A DNA stretch of 12,037 nt, from UHGV virus genome UHGV-0115279. One strand, written 5' to 3'. The notes under the pieces were generated by a model. The model saw nothing but the letters and a program-made list of their open reading frames with translations. It ran no database searches and was not told the DNA's origin. Below, one piece after another: positions 6,655 to 12,037 of the stretch. The stretch comes from a virus. Position 1 is the first letter of the stretch, and every line of letters starts with the position of its first letter. The position numbers and the translations under genes were made by a program.

Positions 6655-7851
6655 TCAGTTAGATCTGATAAATTCAATACGGTCAAAAACTGCTTTAGCA
6701 AAATCTTCCGCAGCAATTCGCGCGTTCTTCAATGCATCAGCACTACCAACATACGTTGCCGGGTTAGCTGAAATAACAGTGTCAAAAGACTCGCCGCAGC
6801 GTTCAAAACCGTCAAGGCGAGGGAGGACAACATCAAGCATATCCCCACCGAACACTTCTTTAGCCAGGCTATGGCAATACTTATGGTCTGCCTTGTTACT
6901 CAACTTGGACATAAAACCAATGTTAGTTGCAAGCTGACACTCGCAGCCTTCATCCGAAATGAGTTTCACCAACTCAGGAAGGCGGGCAACGTATTTAAGC
7001 GATGAGTGGAAATCAACCGTTGCAGGCGGCAGAGGTGTAAACAGTATATTGGCCGAGGCCAAAGCATTTTTCAGGAAGGCGTCAAGGTGAGGACCACTAT
7101 CAACGAGGATAAAGTCATAATCGCTCTTCAGCTTATCAATCACATTTTCTTTCAGGACTGCATGGATGTTCTGACCCGGTAGATGCTCATTGCACAGCTC
7201 TCTCCAATCGGATGCAATAAAGGCATCGTCAATCGACGCAGGCATAACGTCAACCCCAGGTACAACAGAAGGAACAATAAACTCCTCTAACAGCTCTTCA
7301 CGGCTTACATTCTGCAACATAGCCTGTGCAGATGTTGCGTTTACGATACCAATAGAGTGTTTATGGCTTAAAAACATCGTTGCTGAAGATTGCGGATCAA
7401 GGTCAATAACCAGAATCCTTAAATCTTCCATCAGAAGATGAGGATGAGCACGCATTGCATGCGCCAGAGAAACCGTCGATACAGTTTTTGACACACCGCC
7501 TTTAAGATTGGAGATGAAAATCACATACGCTTCGCTGTAGCGATCCCGGTATTTTGGCACTCCGCGATGTTCATATATGTCAATGATGTTCTGAATTGAC
7601 ATCGCATATTTCATTGAAGAGCCAGCAGGGCGTTTATCGAAAACATAACCCTTTTCTTCCATTTCACTTACGGCATAGTCAACGTTCGCACGAGTCAGTA
7701 GAGGCAATTTTGCCAGTGCCGCTTTCGCATAGACCTGGTAAAACTCGTTCGCGTGTAGCTCATCCTTTTGCAACTGTACTTGTTCAGTCAGAACATTGAG
7801 CATTCTATTTGCTCTTTGAGCAACCTTGTGAAGCTGGCTGGAATCACTCAT
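6655..7851 (-). CDS. parA: ParA partition ATPase (type Ia, with N-terminal autoregulatory DNA-binding extension)
   Basis: 398-aa ORF with ATG at 7851..7849 and an AAGGA SD. It has the deviant Walker A motif NLKGGVSKTVSTV and a ~100-aa N-terminal extension, and lies immediately upstream of parB. Length and sequence match P1 ParA as I recall it. Confidence 0.9.
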   Translation of the reverse strand: MSDSSQLHKVAQRANRMLNVLTEQVQLQKDELHANEFYQVYAKAALAKLPLLTRANVDYAVSEMEEKGYVFDKRPAGSSMKYAMSIQNIIDIYEHRGVPKYRDRYSEAYVIFISNLKGGVSKTVSTVSLAHAMRAHPHLLMEDLRILVIDLDPQSSATMFLSHKHSIGIVNATSAQAMLQNVSREELLEEFIVPSVVPGVDVMPASIDDAFIASDWRELCNEHLPGQNIHAVLKENVIDKLKSDYDFILVDSGPHLDAFLKNALASANILFTPLPPATVDFHSSLKYVARLPELVKLISDEGCECQLATNIGFMSKLSNKADHKYCHSLAKEVFGGDMLDVVLPRLDGFERCGESFDTVISANPATYVGSADALKNARIAAEDFAKAVFDRIEFIRSN

Positions 7852-7990
7852 CGAAAGCCATCCTTTATGCTGTATTTTTGAATTTAATTAAAAATGCTGC
7901 ATAAAATAATAATGTATGCGTAGATGCTTGTACATAGCATTCTCTGCATGTTTGGTTCATTTTGCACGATTGAGAGTTACAAGGAGGGCA
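7852..7990 (-). promoter_or_regulatory. par operon promoter/operator region
   Basis: AT-rich 140-bp leader between the upstream terminator and the parA ATG, containing imperfect palindromes (e.g. ATGCTTGTACATAGCAT at 7924..7940; tgcata..tatgcg at 7879..7899). These are plausible sites for ParA autorepression; exact -35/-10 hexamers not assigned. Confidence 0.5.
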
Positions 7991-8014
7991 CAAAAAAGCC
8001 CCGTTCAGGGGCAT
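7991..8014 (-). terminator. rho-independent terminator of the 269-aa gene, insulating the par promoter
   Basis: Minus-strand RNA has GCCCC-UGAAC-GGGGC followed by UUUUUUGUG, beginning 6 nt after the TAA stop of the 8020..8829 CDS. Confidence 0.7.
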
Positions 8015-8019
8015 CAGTG

Positions 8020-8829
8020 TTATTTGCTAAGAGCAGCGAATAATCGTTCGAAATCGATAGTATCTATAGCACGCGTAAGCGCCGGAAGTTCAGCCTCAAA
8101 GTACCCGTGTCGATCGTAAAAGAAGGGACCGAAGAGCGAGGCATGTTGGATTCTACTTCGCCCCAGCCCGGACACACAGTTAAGCCCATTACCGGCTAAA
8201 AGGCTAAAAAACTTCTCTGGATTATCGTGGTAAAGCTGGGAATCAATGGTGGCGGTTAACTCTTCCATAGGGAAGCACACCCGCCCTGTATCCCAGGGAT
8301 ATTTAGTCCGAAGCATAAACATTGCTTTCAGCAATTCACATTGAGCGCGGATCGCGTCCGGTTCATAGCCAGATATGGAGACATAAGCCACGTCCCTCAT
8401 TCCTGCGTCATCTTTGAAAGTCACGATAGAAGTAACATCCAGCTCTTTTTCGAAAGAGCAAGCAGCATCTACTGGACGCTGAAGTAAATCATTCGACTTA
8501 ATGCGCTCGAGAATCCCTCCCCACATATCATTTAGATATTCGATATGAGCCAAAACCTTATCAAGACACTCTCGTGTAAACCATTCAGTATGCCCGCCAC
8601 CGACGCTTTTCTCCCACGGCGCATTCCAGGGGAAAAAGGTTGCGTGTAAAGCCCGCTCAAGATTAACCATTGCCAAACGCGTACCACGATAGACCCGTGA
8701 AAGCGCAAAATCGGGACTCACTTGTAGCCCTTTAAACCGTGCCAATGGACCACATGAAATGCCGATTTTAAAAGTATCTCCGTTCTCTGGCACCAGAACG
8801 TAGAGGTAGTGTTGTTTCTCTTCTTGCAT
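8020..8829 (-). CDS. GIY-YIG / T5orf172-like domain protein with uncharacterised C-terminal domain (candidate accessory, defence or anti-defence gene)
   Basis: 269-aa ORF with ATG at 8829..8827, weak SD, TAA stop and its own intrinsic terminator. The N-terminal ~90 aa (HYLYVLVPENGDTFKIGIS...R...LERALHATFF...GGGHTEWF) follows the Y-x-Y-[VI]-L ... KIG-x-[ST] ... R ... E..LH ... TEWF pattern of the GIY-YIG-related T5orf172 (MUG113-like) family. Residues ~100-269 have no motif I recognise. Confidence 0.75.
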   Translation of the reverse strand: MQEEKQHYLYVLVPENGDTFKIGISCGPLARFKGLQVSPDFALSRVYRGTRLAMVNLERALHATFFPWNAPWEKSVGGGHTEWFTRECLDKVLAHIEYLNDMWGGILERIKSNDLLQRPVDAACSFEKELDVTSIVTFKDDAGMRDVAYVSISGYEPDAIRAQCELLKAMFMLRTKYPWDTGRVCFPMEELTATIDSQLYHDNPEKFFSLLAGNGLNCVSGLGRSRIQHASLFGPFFYDRHGYFEAELPALTRAIDTIDFERLFAALSK

Positions 8830-8863
8830 ATCAATACCACTGCTTGATGAGAACCGCGCAAAT

Positions 8864-9120
8864 GTTGACTATGCGCGAAGGTTAATGTGAATAGTTGACT
8901 ATGCGCGATGTGACTACAGTCAAAAGTTGACTGTAGTCGATTTAACTCCACCAAAGATCGACTATGTAAGATATTGTCGGGAGAAACGTTGACTATACGC
9001 GATGAAATGCCCCTAAAAGCCATCTCAATAGCGACTTGCAGAATATTGACGCCAGCAAAAATCCACCAGCGTCAACGAATGTCGCCTATAGTCAACTTCT
9101 CGCTATCGCATATAGTCAAT
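8864..9120. repeat. incA: incA-like iteron array downstream of repA (copy-number control locus)
   Basis: Multiple copies of a ~14-bp core GTTGACTATGCGCG: direct at 8864..8877, 8894..8907 and 8988..9001; inverted at 9083..9096 and 9107..9120; degenerate copies at 8958..8966 and about 9046..9076. A head-to-head pair forms a perfect 12-bp inverted repeat (8912..8923 / 8927..8938). The last copy abuts the repA stop codon. Confidence 0.8.
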
Positions 9121-9121
9121 A

Positions 9122-10006
9122 TTATGGATTGCGCTTATGGATCTGGAAGCCGATTTTCCTGCCGTTTTTTATCTCTGAAAATTTAAGATATTCAATAGCT
9201 TCCAAATCTTTCATGGCTTTTCTGATAACGCTATTTTGCACGCTAACGGATGATTTGAGATTAAGCCTCGCTCTAAGGCGCTCAATGCTGACAGGTGCCG
9301 GGTTGGCGGGTAGAGCCTCAAAGAATGTATACAGTACCTTGGCCGTCTCTTTGCGCCCTAGTTTATCCAGCATCTTCAGCTTCAGGATTCGCTTATAGTC
9401 AACATAGTAAAGTTCAGATAGCTGTTTCTGCGGCTGGATCTCGATAACATCAAGCTCGGTATTCAGGCTGCTATATGCCAACAAGTTGACGTTAATGTTA
9501 TTGAGATGACCTTTTGCCGCCGGGAAGCGGAATTTGACAACTGTCTGCTGAATGCGTGTCAGAGAGTCATCAATACTTTTACGGAACGCCTTTGAAAGGC
9601 GCTTACGTGGATAGCCGCATCGATCGGCAAACTCGGAGAATGGCAGGGTGATTATGCCGTCATCATCAGGTGCGTAGTCAAACAACGCGGAGGTTATGCC
9701 CACCCACACCTTAAAATCAGTATCCATATCCAGGCGTGGACCATGAATTTCAATTCCCTCATAGCCTTCCTGCTCAACAATTTTGAGGCTTGATAGTTCT
9801 TCAGTTGCGTTCGTTGTGTTTGTTGTAACTGACGATCCGCGACGTAGCGCCACATTGGTAGATTTTAAGGTTGGCACAAACACACCTAAGCGCAACAAAG
9901 CGATGGGTTGTATAGTGCTGTTGTTATTGGGCTTCAGGCTGTGGATTTCTCCTGTATTTCCTGCAACTTCTTCAACGCTAAGGAAGCCTTTACTTTCTTC
10001 CGGCAT
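9122..10006 (-). CDS. repA: RepA iteron-binding replication initiator (RepA/RepE family)
   Basis: ORF 9122..10042 in the track starts at a TTG; the most plausible start is the ATG at 10006..10004 (MPEESKGF..), with GGAG 8-12 nt upstream, giving 295 aa. Blocks IQPIALLRLGVFVP, IHGPRLDMDTDFKVWVGI, FSEFADRCGYPRKRL and LYTFFEALPANPAPVSIERLRARL resemble the P1 RepA / F RepE initiator family, and the gene is flanked by iteron arrays on both sides. Confidence 0.85.
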   Translation of the reverse strand: MPEESKGFLSVEEVAGNTGEIHSLKPNNNSTIQPIALLRLGVFVPTLKSTNVALRRGSSVTTNTTNATEELSSLKIVEQEGYEGIEIHGPRLDMDTDFKVWVGITSALFDYAPDDDGIITLPFSEFADRCGYPRKRLSKAFRKSIDDSLTRIQQTVVKFRFPAAKGHLNNINVNLLAYSSLNTELDVIEIQPQKQLSELYYVDYKRILKLKMLDKLGRKETAKVLYTFFEALPANPAPVSIERLRARLNLKSSVSVQNSVIRKAMKDLEAIEYLKFSEIKNGRKIGFQIHKRNP

Positions 10007-10050
10007 CACGGTTTCTCCATGTGTGGCGCGGCCTGACGTCAATTTGGATG

Positions 10051-10300
10051 GCTGTTATCAACAGCTGTGAATATTCAGACTCTAAAATCGCTTACAGTCA
10101 ATGTTTCTGTCGCGTATAGTCAACAATAAATCGCGTGCAGTCAACAATAAATCGTGCACAGTCAACATAAAATCGCGTATAGTCAATGTTGATCCCATTT
10201 CAGGCCAGTAATGACGCGGCTTACAGCGATCCGGGATCTTCTTTGGATCTTCCTAGGTTCTCTTTAGGATCTGTTTATTGGATCTATGCTGTGGATAAGT
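10051..10300. other. oriR: oriR-like plasmid origin: DnaA boxes, clustered GATC sites and five iterons
   Basis: Five iterons at 21-bp spacing (about 10089, 10111, 10132, 10153, 10174; unit CGCGTATAGTCAACA + AT-rich spacer). Six GATC sites within 95 bp (10191, 10228, 10235, 10246, 10268, 10281; four as GGATCT). A perfect DnaA box TGTGGATAA sits at 10290..10298 and an 8/9 DnaA box TTATCAACA at 10055..10063, inside the palindrome GCTGTT-ATC-AACAGC (10051..10065). Located directly upstream of repA. Confidence 0.8.
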
Positions 10301-10304
10301 TGAA

Positions 10305-10330
10305 TAAACCGGCCAACAAAGCCGGTTGGA
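10305..10330 (-). terminator. putative terminator between the small-gene block and oriR
   Basis: Minus-strand RNA has AACCGGC-UUUGUUG-GCCGGUU followed by UAUUCAACUU, 12 nt after the stop of the 10342..10734 CDS. The U-tract is only moderate. Confidence 0.4.
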
Positions 10331-10341
10331 AGGAAGTCATA

Positions 10342-10734
10342 TTATTCTACGCTTTCGATAAGAAGACCATGTTCATAACATTTAAGCTCATCGCCTTCGT
10401 ACAGGAATTGGTATCCAATACCACCATTTTCATGGACATTAGGGAATAACTCATAACTCACTGAAGAGCAAATCACACCAATGCAGCGATCAACGCCTTC
10501 TCGTTCTTCAGTGCTGAAAAAATCCTCTTCGGTAAGGACATGAGTACATTGCTCATCAGCATAGGTCGGAAATACATGCTCGATGCAATCCGGGTGTTTT
10601 AAACCAAGCTGATCGGCAAGCTCGAAAGCATGACGGTATTGTTCAGATCCTGGCTTGCCAACAGTGATGTGCTCAATTTTGTAGATTGAAGTTGCTTTGT
10701 TGATAGTTTGCTTTACTGTTACTTTATCAGACAT
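10342..10734 (-). CDS. hypothetical Cys/His-containing small protein
   Basis: 130-aa ORF with ATG at 10734..10732 and an AAGGGA SD. Contains spaced Cys/His residues (HPDC, EQCTH, CIGVIC, KCYEH) that could bind metal. Position corresponds to the first gene after oriR in the P1 map (upfA) as I recall it. Confidence 0.6.
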   Translation of the reverse strand: MSDKVTVKQTINKATSIYKIEHITVGKPGSEQYRHAFELADQLGLKHPDCIEHVFPTYADEQCTHVLTEEDFFSTEEREGVDRCIGVICSSVSYELFPNVHENGGIGYQFLYEGDELKCYEHGLLIESVE

Positions 10735-10745
10735 AAAAATCCCTT

Positions 10746-11078
10746 TTAGTTACCTCTGATAGCGCGGTTGTAATCATTAACGTTGCGATTCTTCCTGTTA
10801 ATCCCCATCAGCATCGTTTCTGTATCGAGGATATACGCTGGCAGATCATCAAAATATTCACTGCTAAACTCTGGCATCCTGCACATAAATGCACTTTTGG
10901 GGGCAGGGTGGTTAACCTTTGTCGGCGTCGGCGTTAAATTCGCTGATCGACTGCCGGAGCAACCGCTGAGTGTCAGCAGGAATGCGCTGGCGAACATTAC
11001 CCGCCGCAACCAGTTGTTTCTGAACTTCAGCTTTTCGTTCCATTTGCCTGTCAGCATATTTGGCTTGTTCTGATTCAT
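10746..11078 (-). CDS. lipoprotein precursor; o-spanin-like (or exclusion lipoprotein)
   Basis: 110-aa ORF with ATG at 11078..11076 and an AGGAAG SD 8 nt upstream. It has a lipobox L-S-G-C preceded by the hydrophobic stretch VMFASAFLLT and K/R residues, and a Pro/Thr-rich mature region (TPTPTKVNHPAPK) with one Cys. Its start lies inside the 3' part of the upstream membrane-protein gene in another frame (167-nt overlap). The signal peptide is unusually long from this ATG, so the true start may be an internal Met. Confidence 0.6.
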   Translation of the reverse strand: MNQNKPNMLTGKWNEKLKFRNNWLRRVMFASAFLLTLSGCSGSRSANLTPTPTKVNHPAPKSAFMCRMPEFSSEYFDDLPAYILDTETMLMGINRKNRNVNDYNRAIRGN

Positions 11079-11334
11079 TTTTCACTTCCTGGCTGTGAAA
11101 ATGTTGCTCTGCTTTGTTCATCGTCTCAATGGTCTGGTTAAGATCCATTATTGACTTATCACGTTCCTTAACAGCCTGATCAAGACTGCCAATTTTCTCC
11201 ATGGCTTGCTTTAGCTGATGACGTTCCCATGCAAACCCAGCACCAACAAGTGCGCAAATCAGAACAAGAACACCAGTAGCAGCAAGTTTCTCCTTCAAAG
11301 ACAAAGCTGTTTTTAACGTAGAAAAGAATGACAT
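10912..11334 (-). CDS. membrane-anchored coiled-coil protein; i-spanin-like
   Basis: ORF 10912..11361 in the track starts at a TTG; the likely start is the ATG at 11334..11332, preceded by AGGAGG at 6-nt spacing, giving 140 aa. It has one N-terminal transmembrane segment (AATGVLVLICALVGAGFAW) followed by a charged, helical, coiled-coil-like region rich in Q/E/K/R. Confidence 0.6.
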   Translation of the reverse strand: MSFFSTLKTALSLKEKLAATGVLVLICALVGAGFAWERHQLKQAMEKIGSLDQAVKERDKSIMDLNQTIETMNKAEQHFHSQEVKNESEQAKYADRQMERKAEVQKQLVAAGNVRQRIPADTQRLLRQSISEFNADADKG

Positions 11335-11373
11335 GTCTTCCTCCTGAAGAAAAATTATCAATGAAGTCCTTTG

Positions 11374-11910
11374 TTACTGTGCCGCTTTGTTTAATTCATC
11401 AAGAACAGAATCAGGAACCAAAGCGGCAACTGCGCTGGCTGTGCTGACCTTATTTGCTGATGCTTCCGCAAGCGCGGTACCGATAGCATGGTTATAAGCA
11501 GTTATGGCTACGTTGGCGCTTTCATTCGCTCGTTCATACTGCTGTTGTAACGCAGTTGTGGGCGTTGTTGTCTGGTTGAAAACAACCCCAAACTGTTCAG
11601 TTGCTACTTTCAGAGATTCAATTTGCTCTTCTGTTAGTGCTGGTGGGGGAGTGGCAGTGCCGCCGCCTGAACCAGAGCCTGACGAGCTTCCTGAGCCAGT
11701 GTTAAGGGTCTGGTTAATCTCCCCCATAGCAGCGACTAAACTTGATGTATTAAGCGCGTTAACAGCGTCCTCAAGCGATTTAGTAATATTCACATCACCA
11801 ATGGCAATAGAGATCGGCAGTTCTGAAACTTCTCGCTCATTAGCACGGCAGTAAACATCCCAACCAATATCGAGTTGAAGCAGCATTGACAGATCTGCAT
11901 AACCAGCCAA
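11374..11910 (-). CDS. hypothetical two-domain protein with Gly/Ser-rich linker
   Basis: 178-aa ORF in the track starts at a TTG (11910); the first in-frame ATG is at 11886..11884 and neither has a strong SD, so the start is uncertain. It has a central flexible linker (TGSGSSSGSGSGGGTATPPP) between an N-terminal and an Ala-rich C-terminal region. Confidence 0.5.
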   Translation of the reverse strand: MAGYADLSMLLQLDIGWDVYCRANEREVSELPISIAIGDVNITKSLEDAVNALNTSSLVAAMGEINQTLNTGSGSSSGSGSGGGTATPPPALTEEQIESLKVATEQFGVVFNQTTTPTTALQQQYERANESANVAITAYNHAIGTALAEASANKVSTASAVAALVPDSVLDELNKAAQ

Positions 11911-12037
11911 CAGGTCCGCGTGCTTAGTTGCCAGTTCTCCAATGTTCGTTAAGTCGGTTGTGGTTGTTCTTATCGTTGAAACGGTGATGCTGCCAACTTA
12001 CTGATTTAGTGTATGATGGTGTTTTTGAGGTTCTCCA

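Noticed and set aside
6508-6937. Plus-strand ORFs 6508..6771 and 6614..6937 across the parA/parB junction
   Set aside because: Antisense to parA and parB, which are strongly supported by motifs and RBSs.
8718-9398. ORFs 8718..9023 (minus), 8974..9186 (plus) and 9036..9398 (plus) across incA
   Set aside because: They read through the iteron array and overlap the 269-aa gene start or the repA 3' end; the translations are repetitive and shadow-like, so I treat the region as non-coding control DNA.
8864-10188. Short, regularly spaced direct repeats that could be taken for a CRISPR array
   Set aside because: Repeat units are only about 14-15 bp with 21-bp periodicity, occur on both sides of a RepA-family initiator gene, appear in both orientations, and sit next to DnaA boxes and GATC clusters. 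These are plasmid iterons, not CRISPR repeats, and there are no cas genes.
10186-10449. 87-aa plus-strand ORF covering the oriR GATC/DnaA-box region
   Set aside because: It overlaps the origin and the 3' end of the 130-aa minus-strand gene, with no RBS; non-coding origin DNA explains the region better.
1-12037. Integrase, transposase or IS element, tRNA or rRNA genes
   Set aside because: I found no terminal inverted repeats with a transposase-sized ORF, no recombinase-like ORF, and no tRNA-like cloverleaf sequence. The window is consistent with an extrachromosomal phage-plasmid backbone rather than an integrated island.

Overview
This window reads as the plasmid-maintenance core of a P1-family phage-plasmid, with every convincing gene on the minus strand. 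From high to low coordinates: four small genes (11910..10342) including an overlapped membrane-protein/lipoprotein pair with spanin-like architecture; an iteron replicon (oriR with DnaA boxes, six clustered GATC sites and five 21-bp-spaced iterons; repA; incA iteron array); a single 269-aa gene with a GIY-YIG/T5orf172-like N-terminal motif and its own terminator, wedged between incA and the par promoter; a P1-type partition cassette parA (398 aa), parB (333 aa) and parS; and a late structural operon (major head gene apparently split by a frameshift, tail sheath, an acidic protein with a polybasic tail, two small structural proteins) ending in a terminator near 114..140. The par proteins and parS match phage P1 as I recall them, whereas RepA and its iterons look related to but distinct from canonical P1, suggesting a mosaic replicon; both statements rest on memory and need alignment. 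The most interesting candidate for an undescribed function is the 269-aa gene at 8020..8829. Plus-strand ORFs in the track are almost all antisense shadows of these genes.
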